Assembly (NCBI GenBank): GCA_018819285.1
Contig: JAHJQM010000010.1
Coordinates: 10,930 to 74,929 of the forward strand
Reading direction: 5' to 3'
Origin: Candidatus Omnitrophota bacterium
GTDB lineage: Bacteria > Omnitrophota > Gorgyraeia > Gorgyraeales > Gorgyraeaceae
Length of the DNA stretch: 64,000 bases
Part shown: piece by piece, positions 28,807 through 39,232 of the stretch
Layout of the letters: each line of letters starts with the position of its first letter
Position numbering within the stretch: the stretch's first letter is position 1
Program-made: the position numbers and the translations under genes
The notes under the pieces: generated by a model
Database searches by the model: none
The model's input: only the letters and a program-made list of their open reading frames with translations
What the model was told of the DNA's origin: nothing

Positions 28807-30015
28807 ATGTCAATCAAAGTCATCAATGAAAAATGCGTTGGATGTAAATTATGTGTCAAGTCCTGCCCGTTCGGCGCAATAGAGATCATCAATAAAAAGG
28901 CAGTCATAGACCTTGATAAATGTACATTGTGCGGAGCGTGTATAGAATCGTGCAAGTTTGACGCCATTGTACTTACTAAGCTCAGCCCAACAGACATACA
29001 ATTTCCTAAGAAATTCGATGAATATAAAGATGTGTGGGTATTCTGCGAACAGAAAAAAGGCGTTGTACAAAGCGTTGCATATGAACTTTTGGGCAAAGGA
29101 AGAGAGCTTAGCGATACGCTTGGGAATGAATTGTGCGGAGTTTTATTAGGCGAAAATATGAAGGAGGAAGCGCATAAGATTATTCATAGAGGCGCCGACA
29201 AGGTATATCTTGTGGATTCTCCTGCGTTAAAACATTATCAGGATGAGCCATATTCAAAGGTATTAATTCAATTAATAAAAGAATATAAGCCTGAGATAGT
29301 GCTTTGCGGAGCTAGTTCGACAGGCAGGTCGTTGATATCGCGGGTTGCGATAGGCATTCATGCGGGCCTTACGGCGGATTGTACAGGCCTTGATATAGAT
29401 AAAAAAGAAAGACTTCTATTACAAACCAGGCCTGCATTCGGCGGGAATATTATGGCTACTATTATCTGCCCCAATCACAGGCCTCAGATGTCAACTGTAA
29501 GACACAAGGTAATGAAAGAAGCTGCTGAAAATAAACATCATAAAGGAAAGATCATAGAAAAAAGTTACGACAGTAATATTTATTTTTCTAGAACGAAGCT
29601 TCTTGATATTGTGGAAGAGATAGAGGAGACAGTTAATTTAACAGAGGCAAACGTGATTGTTTCCGGCGGAAGGGGTATGCAATCCCCGGAGAATTTTAAA
29701 CTTATTGAAGGCCTGGCAAAGGCTCTGGGCGGCGCTGTGGGAGCATCGCGCGCTGCAGTTGACAGCGGCTGGAAAACTTATTCGCACCAGGTTGGACAGA
29801 CAGGAAAAACAGTTTGCCCAAAGATTTACATAGCCTGTGGCATCTCTGGCCAGATACAGCATCTTGTGGGCATGCAGTCTTCAGAGATAATAGTAGCGAT
29901 AAATAAAGACCCTTATGCGCCCATATTCAGTGTGGCGACCTATGGGATAGTTGGGGATGTATTTGAAGTTGTACCGGAGCTAACCAGACAATTTAAAGAG
30001 GCGTTAAAAAGATAA
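28807..30015 (+). CDS. etfA: ETF alpha subunit with N-terminal 2x[4Fe-4S] ferredoxin domain
   Basis: CVGCKLCVKSCP and CTLCGACIESC, then GLTADCT, RPAFGG, QVGQTGK and GISGQIQH motifs. Confidence 0.95.
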   Translation: MSIKVINEKCVGCKLCVKSCPFGAIEIINKKAVIDLDKCTLCGACIESCKFDAIVLTKLSPTDIQFPKKFDEYKDVWVFCEQKKGVVQSVAYELLGKGRELSDTLGNELCGVLLGENMKEEAHKIIHRGADKVYLVDSPALKHYQDEPYSKVLIQLIKEYKPEIVLCGASSTGRSLISRVAIGIHAGLTADCTGLDIDKKERLLLQTRPAFGGNIMATIICPNHRPQMSTVRHKVMKEAAENKHHKGKIIEKSYDSNIYFSRTKLLDIVEEIEETVNLTEANVIVSGGRGMQSPENFKLIEGLAKALGGAVGASRAAVDSGWKTYSHQVGQTGKTVCPKIYIACGISGQIQHLVGMQSSEIIVAINKDPYAPIFSVATYGIVGDVFEVVPELTRQFKEALKR

Positions 30016-30016
30016 T

Positions 30017-33000
30017 ATGTATTTCAAATCTATAGAACTATTTGGTTTTAAATCATTCGCCGATAAAACAAGGTTGGATTTTGAGCCTGGTATTACTGCT
30101 ATTGTGGGGCCCAATGGATGCGGAAAATCTAATATTGCAGACAGCATAAAGTGGGTTCTTGGAGAACAATCTGCAAAGGTCTTGCGTGGCGGCAAAATGG
30201 AGGATGTTATATTCAACGGTACCGACGGCAAGGAACCTGTGAGTTTTGCAGAAGTTTCCCTCACGCTTTCCAATCAGGATAGGGCGTTGCCAATAGAATA
30301 TGACGAAGTTACTGTCACCAGGCGTCTCTATCGCTCAGGAGAGAGCGAGTATCTTTTAAATAAAACTCCAGTCCGGCTTAAGGATATAAATGAGCTTTTC
30401 ATGGGCACCGGTATAGGCACAAGCGCTTATTCTATTATTGAACAGGGCAAGATAGATCAGGTCTTGAGCTCAAAGCCAGAAGAGAGGCGCGAGGTTTTTG
30501 AAGAGGCGAGTGGCATTACAAAATACAAGACAAAAAAGAAAGAGGCATTGCGTAAACTGGAAGACACAGAACAAAACTTATTAAGGATAAATGATATTAT
30601 AGTAGAAGTAAAACGCCAGATCAATTCAATAGAACGCCAGGCGAAAAAGGCAGAGCGCTATAAAGAACGCTACGAAGAATTAAGGTCAATTGAGTTAAAG
30701 CTCTCGAGAATAGACCTTGAGATATTGAGGAGTAAGAACTTGAATTCCGAAGGGAATACAAGCGAGTTAAATCAGAAAGAAGCAGAGCTTGATTTGGAGT
30801 TAAATAGATTGTCACGGGATTTATCATTATTAAACAAGGACAGCTCTCATGTGGAAAACAAAAGAGTGAACCTGAAATCCAGAATAGTAGAACTTAATTC
30901 TGAAATTTCAAAAGCCAGCAATAGAATCTCTATGGATAAAGAAAGAGTGGATGAGCTTACAAAGCGCCGCTCAGGCCTTGAGGTTGAGATAAAAAAAAGC
31001 GAAGATATACTTATATCTCAAGAAAAGGAGATAGCGAATCTCAAGGAAAAGATATCTGTGCTGGAAAAGGAAGACAACGAGAGGTTCAGCAAGGTAACAG
31101 AAAAAGAAAAAAGATTTGAAGAAATATCAAAGACAGTAAAAACAAGCGAAACAGCATTGTCCAATTCAAAGGCAAATATCATAGATATTGCTTCAAGACA
31201 GGCGAAGCTGAGAAACCAGGTGGCGAAGATATCCACTACTATTTCAACCCATGACTCAAGGCTCAAGAGGCTGGAATCAGAAAAATCAACTGTCTCAGAG
31301 GAAAAAAATAACCTGCAAGCGAAATTAAACGAAGTCTTGGCAGAAATAACAGCAATTGAAAAAGAAGCAGTCAGTCTTAAGCTAGAAAGAGATTCTGTAT
31401 CCGTCTCCGTATCAGCTATCCGAAGTCATATAAACTCGCTTACAGAAGAATCCAAAAAAATAGAAACACTCCTTGCATCCAATAAATCCAAATTAGAATT
31501 TTTGGAAGAGGCAAGGCTTAGATACGAAGGGTTTTCCGCAGGCGTAAAGGCAATACTTGGAAGCCAGTCAAGGATAGACGGTGTCAGGGATTGCCTTGCA
31601 AATCTGTTAACAGTTAAAAAAGGCTATGAGGTCGCAATAGAAACAGCAATGTCTGAGTATCTGCAAAGCATAGTAGTTGATACCATGGAATCTGTGGATA
31701 AGGCTATAATGTATCTTAGAGAGCATTCATACGGCAAGGCCTCATTTATATATCCAGGGTATTTTAATTCAGCTGATATTGCGCTAGAGGCTGCTGTGGA
31801 TATTAATGACAGCCGCATCCTTGGAAAAGCAGCTGATTTTGTAAATACCGGCGATTCTTATAAAAACATCTTGAGGCATATATTGAAAGATGTTTTTATA
31901 GTAAATGACCTTAAGGATGCAAGGGCCCTGCTGGATAATACCAAGGGGCCTGCAAGGCGCAAGTTTATTACTTTGTCAGGCGAGGTGGTCGAGGATGGGT
32001 TTATAACAGGCGGGAGCTCTAAAAAGGAAGAGCTTGGCCTGATAAATAGAGATGCCAGGATAAATGAGATCCGCCAGGCAATCAGCGAGCTGGAAACGCA
32101 TTTAGGAAAACTTGAAGAAGAAAGGATTGGGAAAGAAAAAGAAGAGGGTGAGTTAAAAACTAAACTTGAAACGCTTACAAACGTAATCAGCGAAAAAAAT
32201 ATACTATTTGCTAATGTCTCCAACCAAAGGTCCAATATAGAGGAAAATATAAAAGGCATAGGAGATGAGATATCGCTTGTGAACCTTGAGATAGATGAGG
32301 TGAATTCTGAAATCTTGATTCTGAAACAGGAAGAAAAGACTTCTCTTAAGACGCTGCTAGAGCTTGAGAATGAAAGCAAGATTAATGAAGAAAGGATACA
32401 TAGTAACGAGATCCTTATAACAGAATGCGCAAAAGAAAGAGAGCAGCTTCTTGTAGAGATTGCAGAGGCAAGGACTGAGCTGGGGTCGCTCGAAAGCAAG
32501 AAGGAAGGCTTGTCGGGCACGTTGAATATACTGGAATCATCTTTGCGCGATGCCAAGAATAATGTAGAGTCCAGAAAGCTGGAAATAACGAGCTCCATTA
32601 AAAAGACGGAAGAGCTAAATATAGAGATAAGAGAATTTGAAAAAAATATAACTGTCCTGTCAGAAGAAGGTTCCGGAAGGGATAAAGAGTTGAACGAGGT
32701 AGAGGCTGTATATTCCGAGATAACAGAAAAAACAGCGTATTACGAAACTAAATCGAAAGAGATAGAAAGCCAGATAAATAATATAAGGTCAAAGATGCAT
32801 TCTGTGGATTTGCAGAAGGCGGAGGTGAATTACGGCATAGAGAATCTGACTCAACGCATAAGGGATGTTTATAAAACTGAGCTTTTGGAATTTCAACTGG
32901 CAGAAGATTGGCAGGCTTTAGATAAGGAAATCCTGAAAAATAATGTAGAGGAAATGCGCAATCAATTGGATTCCATGGGTGCGGTAAATCTGATAGCTAT

Positions 33001-33604
33001 AGAGGAGAATAAAGAGCTTCAAGATAGATTTGTATTTTTGACAACCCAGAGAGATGACTTATTAAAGGCAAAAGACAGCATATTGGAGGCAATTAATAAA
33101 ATAAATAAAACAACAAAAGAGCTCTTTATGGAAACATTCAAGAATATTCAAGTGGAATTCAGAAACTTTTTCAAAATGCTTTTTGGAGGAGGAGATGGAG
33201 AACTTATGCTCCTGGATGATGGCAATGTGCTTGAGTGCGGGATTGAAATAGTCGCAAGGCCTCCGGGGAAAAGACTTCAAAATGTTTCGCTTCTTTCAGG
33301 AGGAGAAAAAGCCCTTACCGCAGTAGCTCTTATATTTGCAATATTTAAAGTAAAGCCAAGCCCATTCTGCGTTTTGGATGAAATAGACGCGCCTCTTGAT
33401 GAATCAAATGTTGACAGATTTTCAAGAAGCCTCGATATGTTTACAAATACATCCCAATTTATCGTTGTAACTCACAATAAAAAGACCATTGATAAGGCTG
33501 ATGTGATGTATGGCATTACTATGCAGCAATCTGGCGTATCAAAGGTTGTTTCTGTGAAATTCTCAGATGCGAAGAAACAGGAAGCGGTAGAGCCGAAGGT
33601 TTAA
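30017..33604 (+). CDS. smc: Chromosome segregation protein SMC
   Basis: GPNGCGKSN Walker A, coiled coils, hinge (GFITGG), LSGGEK and LDEIDAPLD motifs. Confidence 0.98.
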   Translation: MYFKSIELFGFKSFADKTRLDFEPGITAIVGPNGCGKSNIADSIKWVLGEQSAKVLRGGKMEDVIFNGTDGKEPVSFAEVSLTLSNQDRALPIEYDEVTVTRRLYRSGESEYLLNKTPVRLKDINELFMGTGIGTSAYSIIEQGKIDQVLSSKPEERREVFEEASGITKYKTKKKEALRKLEDTEQNLLRINDIIVEVKRQINSIERQAKKAERYKERYEELRSIELKLSRIDLEILRSKNLNSEGNTSELNQKEAELDLELNRLSRDLSLLNKDSSHVENKRVNLKSRIVELNSEISKASNRISMDKERVDELTKRRSGLEVEIKKSEDILISQEKEIANLKEKISVLEKEDNERFSKVTEKEKRFEEISKTVKTSETALSNSKANIIDIASRQAKLRNQVAKISTTISTHDSRLKRLESEKSTVSEEKNNLQAKLNEVLAEITAIEKEAVSLKLERDSVSVSVSAIRSHINSLTEESKKIETLLASNKSKLEFLEEARLRYEGFSAGVKAILGSQSRIDGVRDCLANLLTVKKGYEVAIETAMSEYLQSIVVDTMESVDKAIMYLREHSYGKASFIYPGYFNSADIALEAAVDINDSRILGKAADFVNTGDSYKNILRHILKDVFIVNDLKDARALLDNTKGPARRKFITLSGEVVEDGFITGGSSKKEELGLINRDARINEIRQAISELETHLGKLEEERIGKEKEEGELKTKLETLTNVISEKNILFANVSNQRSNIEENIKGIGDEISLVNLEIDEVNSEILILKQEEKTSLKTLLELENESKINEERIHSNEILITECAKEREQLLVEIAEARTELGSLESKKEGLSGTLNILESSLRDAKNNVESRKLEITSSIKKTEELNIEIREFEKNITVLSEEGSGRDKELNEVEAVYSEITEKTAYYETKSKEIESQINNIRSKMHSVDLQKAEVNYGIENLTQRIRDVYKTELLEFQLAEDWQALDKEILKNNVEEMRNQLDSMGAVNLIAIEENKELQDRFVFLTTQRDDLLKAKDSILEAINKINKTTKELFMETFKNIQVEFRNFFKMLFGGGDGELMLLDDGNVLECGIEIVARPPGKRLQNVSLLSGGEKALTAVALIFAIFKVKPSPFCVLDEIDAPLDESNVDRFSRSLDMFTNTSQFIVVTHNKKTIDKADVMYGITMQQSGVSKVVSVKFSDAKKQEAVEPKV

Positions 33605-34746
33605 GCGCAGATTTTATTTTTGCCAGATCTTTTGGCTTCGTAGAGAGCCCTGTCAGCATAGGCTATCAAATCCTCTTTTTTCTCTCCGTCTTCAGGAAAC
33701 GATGAGACACCTATACTTATAGTTATATTTTTAAGGCCAGGGCTTGTTTCAACAGCCCTTCTTATGCGCTCAGCCAGGATAAGCGCTTCTTCTTTTTTTG
33801 TTATAGGAAGGATTATACCGAATTCTTCTCCGCCATAACGCGCTACTGCATCTATCTTTCTTGAAACATCCCTGAATATTTTCGAAATTTCCCTGATGAT
33901 ACTGTCGCCTGCCTGATGGCCATAGGTGTCATTGAAGACCTTAAAGTTATCTATGTCAATCATAAGAAGCGTAAAGCAAAATTTCATAAGAGAAGATTTT
34001 TTTATCTCTTCTTCCAACAGGTACTGAAAATATCCGTGGTTCCATAATCCTGTAAGAGAATCAGAATTTGAAAGCACCACAGTCTGTTCATAAAGCCTGG
34101 AGTTTTCAATTGCGAGGCCTGCCTGGTTTGCGAACATGGTCAATACTCTAACAGCGTCATTTGTTATGGGGTTTTTGTTAAATCTATTATCCGCCAGCAG
34201 GACGCCTATTACCTTATCCTTTGCTTTTAAAGGCACTGTCACAAATTCGTCCAGATCCAAAATGATGGAAAATTCATTTTTCACTTTTTGTTTTGCCTCC
34301 AGAGTATTGATTATAAAAGGCAGGCCTTCCATGACTGTGAGCGCGATTACTCCTGAATCTTCTCTGATAGGAATTTTTATTGATTTTATTGTCTGATTGA
34401 GCTTGGATTTTTTGAGATTATCGAATTGGGTTTCTATACTTATCAGTTCCTCTAGTCCGATTTTATTTTTCTCTATATGTGTCCAGATTTTAGAAGCATC
34501 TTCTGCGCTGTCAGGGCCTATGCCCATTTTGCCTTCCAGCCGGTTTTCTTTTTCATTCACAAGGAAAAGCATGGCTCTGTTAAAGCTCAGGCCTGCATGG
34601 GATGTGGCAGCTGTAAGTATAATATAGAGAATTTCCTCCAGATTGAGTGTGGTGCGCATGGCATTGCCTATATCATAAAGCATTTCCAACTCAGTCCTTG
34701 TCTTGCTTAACTCTTCCTGGTAATTTTCATTTTCTATATTGGCCAT
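33601..34746 (-). CDS. GAF-domain diguanylate cyclase
   Basis: GAF region ending AIENSRLYE; DSLTGL, RKID (RxxD I-site) and RYGGEEF motifs. Confidence 0.93.
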   Translation of the reverse strand: MANIENENYQEELSKTRTELEMLYDIGNAMRTTLNLEEILYIILTAATSHAGLSFNRAMLFLVNEKENRLEGKMGIGPDSAEDASKIWTHIEKNKIGLEELISIETQFDNLKKSKLNQTIKSIKIPIREDSGVIALTVMEGLPFIINTLEAKQKVKNEFSIILDLDEFVTVPLKAKDKVIGVLLADNRFNKNPITNDAVRVLTMFANQAGLAIENSRLYEQTVVLSNSDSLTGLWNHGYFQYLLEEEIKKSSLMKFCFTLLMIDIDNFKVFNDTYGHQAGDSIIREISKIFRDVSRKIDAVARYGGEEFGIILPITKKEEALILAERIRRAVETSPGLKNITISIGVSSFPEDGEKKEDLIAYADRALYEAKRSGKNKICA

Positions 34747-34794
34747 ATTTTAATTATACCATATGCATCTAATTATGCAAAAGGTAAATAAGGG

Positions 34795-34822
34795 TTGACA
34801 GAAAAGTATAAGTTGGTATAAT
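34795..34822 (+). promoter_or_regulatory. Sigma70 promoter of the rib operon
   Basis: TTGACA-16-TATAAT with TG extension, just upstream of the riboswitch. Confidence 0.8.
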
Positions 34823-34828
34823 ACATAT

Positions 34829-34944
34829 AATCTTCGGGAGAGGGTGAAATTCCCCACCGGCGGTACAGTCCGCGAGCTCTCATAAAAGAGGGCAGACTTG
34901 GTGCGATTCCAGGACCGATTGTGAAAGGCTAGATGGTAGAAGAT
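34829..34944 (+). ncRNA. FMN riboswitch (RFN element)
   Basis: tcttcggg..agggtgaaattccc.accggcggt..agtccgcgagc...gcagacttggtgcgattccaggaccga...gatggtagaagat directly upstream of ribBA. Confidence 0.92.
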
Positions 34945-34964
34945 AAGTATAGTATTTTTATATT

Positions 34965-34990
34965 GCCCGAAGATTTTCTTCGGGCGTTTT
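34965..34990 (+). terminator. Riboswitch-controlled intrinsic terminator
   Basis: gcccgaaga-ttt-tcttcgggc followed by gtttt; its 5' arm is also complementary to the riboswitch 5' strand aatcttcggg (antiterminator). Confidence 0.85.
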
Positions 34991-35050
34991 AATTACAGGA
35001 ACCTTATCCCGATCGCCGAACGCCGAACGGGAACGGAATGCTTGACTGTT

Positions 35051-36250
35051 ATGAAATTCAATACAATACCTGAAATTATTAAGGATCTGAGAAAAGGCAA
35101 GATGGTCATTGTTGTGGATGACGAAGACCGCGAAAACGAGGGAGACCTTGTTATTGCAGCCAGCTTTGCTACGCCTTCAGCGATTAATTTCATAATAAAG
35201 TATGCCAGGGGGCTTGTGTGCATGCCCATGGAAGGCGAAAGGCTCGATGAGCTTGGGCTGCATCCAATGTTTGAGGACAATCAGGATACGTTTAAGACTG
35301 CATGGGCTATCTCTGTGGATGCTAAAAAAAGGACGACTACAGGCATATCCGCTCATGACAGATCAGTTACTGTAAAGGACCTTATAAGCCCTAATACAAA
35401 ACCCGATGATCTTGCAAGGCCTGGCCATGTATTTCCTTTGCGGGCAAAAGATGGCGGAGTTTTAACACGAGCGGGCCATACAGAGGCATGCGTTGATTTA
35501 ATGAAGCTGGCAGGATTGTATCCTGCAGGGGTTATATGCGAGATAATAAATGATGACGGCACCATGGCCAGGCAGAAAGACCTGGCAAGATTTTCAAAAA
35601 AATATAAACTTAAAATATGCACGATTGCCAGTTTAATTAATTACAGGCGGAAATCAGAGAGGCTAGTGACTTGCATTGCCTCCAGCCAAATCCCTACAGA
35701 TTATGGGATTTTTAAATTATATCTTTATGAATCAAGTGTTGATAAATATCAGCATATAGCGCTTGTAAAAGGCGATGTGAAAGGAAAAAGAGATGTTTTA
35801 GTGCGCGTACATTCAGAATGCCTTACAGGCGATATATTTGGCTCTAGAAGATGCGATTGCGGGGAACAGCTTCGTAAGACTATGAAACTTATAGGAGAAA
35901 GACCAAGGGGCGTTCTTTTATATATGAGGCAGGAAGGCCGCGGCATAGGACTGGCGAATAAGATAAAGGCATATACGCTGCAGGATAAAGGCTTTGATAC
36001 AGTAGAGGCAAATGAACAGCTTGGTTTTAAGCCGGATTTGAGGGATTATGGCATAGGCGCTCAAATACTAGCAGACTTGGGATTGAAGACGATACAGCTT
36101 ATTACAAATAATCCGCGCAAGATAGTGGGTTTATCAGGTTATGGACTGGAGGTGGTAAAAAGGGTTCCTATGGAAGTGCAGCCTAATAGCGCTAATAAGA
36201 GGTATCTGGAAACCAAGAAGGAAAAATTAGGACATAAATTGAAATTTTAA
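35051..36250 (+). CDS. ribBA: Bifunctional DHBP synthase/GTP cyclohydrolase II
   Basis: [37 protein letters not shown] and QEGRGIG motifs. Confidence 0.97.
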   Translation: MKFNTIPEIIKDLRKGKMVIVVDDEDRENEGDLVIAASFATPSAINFIIKYARGLVCMPMEGERLDELGLHPMFEDNQDTFKTAWAISVDAKKRTTTGISAHDRSVTVKDLISPNTKPDDLARPGHVFPLRAKDGGVLTRAGHTEACVDLMKLAGLYPAGVICEIINDDGTMARQKDLARFSKKYKLKICTIASLINYRRKSERLVTCIASSQIPTDYGIFKLYLYESSVDKYQHIALVKGDVKGKRDVLVRVHSECLTGDIFGSRRCDCGEQLRKTMKLIGERPRGVLLYMRQEGRGIGLANKIKAYTLQDKGFDTVEANEQLGFKPDLRDYGIGAQILADLGLKTIQLITNNPRKIVGLSGYGLEVVKRVPMEVQPNSANKRYLETKKEKLGHKLKF

Positions 36251-36252
36251 AA

Positions 36253-36321
36253 GGTCCCTCGCAGCCTGATGAAAAATAATGGCTGCTCGGGATCAAATTT
36301 TGTTTCACAAAATTTGGGAGG
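36253..36321 (+). repeat. Repeat family D, copy 1 (two hairpins plus GGAGG SD of ribH)
   Basis: ggtccc-tc-gcagcc...ggctgc-tc-gggatc, caaattttgt-ttc-acaaaatttg, ggagg. Confidence 0.8.
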
Positions 36322-36327
36322 TGTAGC

Positions 36328-36792
36328 ATGTATAAAGTAATTCAGGGAGAACTTATTGCAAAGGGCAGGAAATTTGGTATCATAGCATCTAGATTCAATG
36401 ACTTTATTACCAACAGGCTGCTGGAAGGATGCGTTGATGAACTTGCAAGACATGGCGCGAAAGATAGCGATATGGAGGTTGTCTGGGCTCCTGGCGCATT
36501 TGAAATACCTGTTCTTGCTAATCATATGGCGAAGAGCAAAAAATATGATTCAATAATATGCCTAGGCACTATAATAAAAGGAGCAACGCCTCATTTTGAT
36601 TATATTGCAAGCGAGGCGTCAAAAGGCATTGCGAATATTTCTTTAAATACAGGCGTGCCTTTGATATTCGGAATAATTACAGCTGATTCAATAGAGCAGG
36701 CAATAGAAAGAGCAGGCACGAAACAGGGCAACAAAGGCCGTGACGCAGCCCGTTCAGCTATTGAAATGGCTAACCTGGTGGCGGAACTTTAA
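36328..36792 (+). CDS. ribH: 6,7-dimethyl-8-ribityllumazine synthase
   Basis: [19 protein letters not shown] and [10 protein letters not shown] motifs. Confidence 0.97.
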   Translation: MYKVIQGELIAKGRKFGIIASRFNDFITNRLLEGCVDELARHGAKDSDMEVVWAPGAFEIPVLANHMAKSKKYDSIICLGTIIKGATPHFDYIASEASKGIANISLNTGVPLIFGIITADSIEQAIERAGTKQGNKGRDAARSAIEMANLVAEL

Positions 36793-36793
36793 T

Positions 36794-37222
36794 ATGCGTA
36801 AACGCACTTTTGCAAGGGAATGCGCTTTAAAGATCCTTTATAGGATAGAGATTTCTAAAGAGTCTGTAGATTCTAGCTTTAAAGACTTCTGGTCAAAAGC
36901 GTCTGAGTCTATAAATAAGGAATCCCATGATTTTGCTGAAACGCTGGTAAAAGGCACATGCGAAAATATTAAGACAATAGATGAGACTATTTCAAAATAT
37001 ACGGATAATTGGGATATCTCCAGGATGGCTGTCATAGACAGGAACATTATGCGCATGTCTATATATGAGATGCTTTATAGAGATGATATACCGCCAAACG
37101 TTTCTATAAACGAGGCTATAGAGCTTGCCAAAAAATATGGGGATGTTGATTCTGGAAAGTTTGTAAATGGGATACTTGATAAAATAAAAAAAGTAGAATT
37201 AAAAGATAAATGGGCAAAGTAG
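36794..37222 (+). CDS. nusB: Transcription antitermination factor NusB
   Basis: [27 protein letters not shown] and FVNGILD motifs; follows ribH. Confidence 0.95.
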   Translation: MRKRTFARECALKILYRIEISKESVDSSFKDFWSKASESINKESHDFAETLVKGTCENIKTIDETISKYTDNWDISRMAVIDRNIMRMSIYEMLYRDDIPPNVSINEAIELAKKYGDVDSGKFVNGILDKIKKVELKDKWAK

Positions 37223-38055
37223 CTGACCTTCATGTTCATACAGATGTTTCCGATGGCACCTTTTCTCCTAAAAAGGTTGTTGGATTAGCCAAGCTGGAAG
37301 GCCTGGACGCTATTGCAATAACAGACCATGACACTTGCGCTGCGATTACTCCTGCCATTATAATTGCAAAGGATATGGATATAGAGATTATCCCTGGTGT
37401 GGAATTGACTGCAGAATTGGAAGACGGTGAAATACATATACTGGGGTATTTTATAGACTGGCAGGATAGCTCATTTATAAAAAAACTGGAAGAATTGTGC
37501 AGGGTCAGGGAAGAGAGGGCAAAAGAGATTTTAAGAAGGCTGAGCGAACAGGGCATTGATTTGAAATATGAGGATTTACTGGAAATTGTGGGTTCTAGGA
37601 CTGGCTCTGTGGGAAGACTGCACATAGCAAATCTTTTGTATAAAAAAGGAAAGGTAGCTTGTATTAGAGAAGCATTTACAAAATATATTGGTAATGATTC
37701 GCCTGCGTATGTAAAGAAATTCAAATTATCTCCAAAAGAGGCAGTGGATATGATAAAAGCTGTAGGCGGGGTCAGTGTTCTAGCTCATCCTAAAACAATT
37801 AATATAGAAACTAAACCTTTAAAAGATATTGTAAAAATGCTTGCAGGTGAAGGCATACAGGGTATAGAGGCGTATCATTCAGATCATAATAACAGGGAAT
37901 CATCCGAATTCAAGAAACTGGCAAGCGAATATGGCTTGCTTATAACAGGCGGCTCTGATTGCCATGGGCTTGGGAAAAAAGAGGTACTGCTGGGCAAGGT
38001 AAAGGTTCCGTATGAGCTTGTGGAAAAGCTAAGAGATGCGGCGATAGCAAGGTAA
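37210..38055 (+). CDS. PHP-domain phosphoesterase
   Basis: [26 protein letters not shown] and GGSDCHG motifs. Confidence 0.92.
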   Translation: MGKVADLHVHTDVSDGTFSPKKVVGLAKLEGLDAIAITDHDTCAAITPAIIIAKDMDIEIIPGVELTAELEDGEIHILGYFIDWQDSSFIKKLEELCRVREERAKEILRRLSEQGIDLKYEDLLEIVGSRTGSVGRLHIANLLYKKGKVACIREAFTKYIGNDSPAYVKKFKLSPKEAVDMIKAVGGVSVLAHPKTINIETKPLKDIVKMLAGEGIQGIEAYHSDHNNRESSEFKKLASEYGLLITGGSDCHGLGKKEVLLGKVKVPYELVEKLRDAAIAR

Positions 38056-38058
38056 TTT

Positions 38059-39162
38059 ATGAAAAGACATGAATTTTTTATGAGAAAGGTTTTGGATCTG
38101 GCTGAAAAAGGAAAAAGTACTACCAGCCCTAATCCTATGGTAGGCGCGTTGGTCGTAAAGAATGGGAAAATTATAGCAAGCGCTTATCATAGACGGCCAG
38201 GAGGCCTGCACGCAGAGGCTATCGCGCTAAAAAGAATTGGCCAGAAAGCAAGAGGCGCGACGCTTTATGTGAATCTTGAGCCATGCGCCCATTTAGGAAG
38301 AACGCCTCCATGCTCAAAGGCAATTATAAAAAGCGGGATAAAAGAGGTTTATTGCTCAATGATTGACCCAAATCCTTTGAATAATGGAAAAGGCAAAAAG
38401 GAATTAGAGAAAAATGGCGTTAACGTTAGAGTGGGGATTTTAGCTAAAGAAGCAGCAAAGTTAAACGAAGTTTTTATAAAATATGTTACAAAGAAGATGC
38501 CTTTTGTGACAATAAAGGTTGCCGAGTCTCTAGACGGCAAGATAGCTACAAAGACAATGGATTCCAAATGGATTACAGCGGATGAGTCCAGAGATTATTC
38601 GCACAGGCTGCGCAGCGAGATGGATGCTGTGCTTGTGGGCGTGAATACAATAATGAGAGATAACCCTATCCTGACTTCAAGAAAGAATAAATCACCTATA
38701 AAGATTGTGCTAGATTCAAATCTAAGGGTTCCTGAAAGCGCAAAGATTTTTTCAAAGGAATCTCCGGCGCTGAATATAGTGGCAATCCTGAGAAAGTCAT
38801 TAAAGGTCTCGCATATATTAAAAAAAGTGGAGAGATTTAATAAAAAAGGAATTCTCATTATAGCGTGCCCTGGCAAGAATAACAGGATTAACCTGGAATG
38901 GCTTTTAAAAGAGCTGGCAGAACTTGAGATCAGCCGCTTATTAGTAGAAGGCGGAGGAGATACTATAGCAGGATTTTTAGAGCAAGACTTTGTAGATAAG
39001 GCCTTATTTTTCATAGCCCCAAAGATTATAGGCGGCAGAAATGCAGTGACTTCTGTTGAAGGCAGGGGCGTAGAGAAAGTAAGGCAGGCCATAGAACTGA
39101 AAGACATGAAAGTTAAAATGCTTGGCGAAGATATTTTAGTAAGCGGCAGGCCGGTAAGTTGA
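38059..39162 (+). CDS. ribD: Riboflavin biosynthesis deaminase/reductase RibD
   Basis: PNPMVGA, HAE, LEPC...PPC, SLDGKIA and VEGG motifs. Confidence 0.97.
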   Translation: MKRHEFFMRKVLDLAEKGKSTTSPNPMVGALVVKNGKIIASAYHRRPGGLHAEAIALKRIGQKARGATLYVNLEPCAHLGRTPPCSKAIIKSGIKEVYCSMIDPNPLNNGKGKKELEKNGVNVRVGILAKEAAKLNEVFIKYVTKKMPFVTIKVAESLDGKIATKTMDSKWITADESRDYSHRLRSEMDAVLVGVNTIMRDNPILTSRKNKSPIKIVLDSNLRVPESAKIFSKESPALNIVAILRKSLKVSHILKKVERFNKKGILIIACPGKNNRINLEWLLKELAELEISRLLVEGGGDTIAGFLEQDFVDKALFFIAPKIIGGRNAVTSVEGRGVEKVRQAIELKDMKVKMLGEDILVSGRPVS

Positions 39163-39212
39163 CACTCTGACATTGTCAGAGTGTCAACTTACAATGTCAG
39201 AGTGTCAACTTA
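39155..39212. repeat. Palindromic repeat family A, copy 5 plus an appended half copy
   Basis: taagttgacactctgacattgtcagagtgtcaactta (39155-39191, includes the ribD TGA) followed by caatgtcagagtgtcaactta. Confidence 0.95.
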
Positions 39213-39232
39213 TATACTAGAGAGAGGAGTTC

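Noticed and set aside
31858-32598. 246-aa antisense ORF in smc and similar Ser/Phe-rich antisense ORFs
   Set aside because: Antisense shadows of Glu/Lys-rich coding sequence with no recognisable motifs
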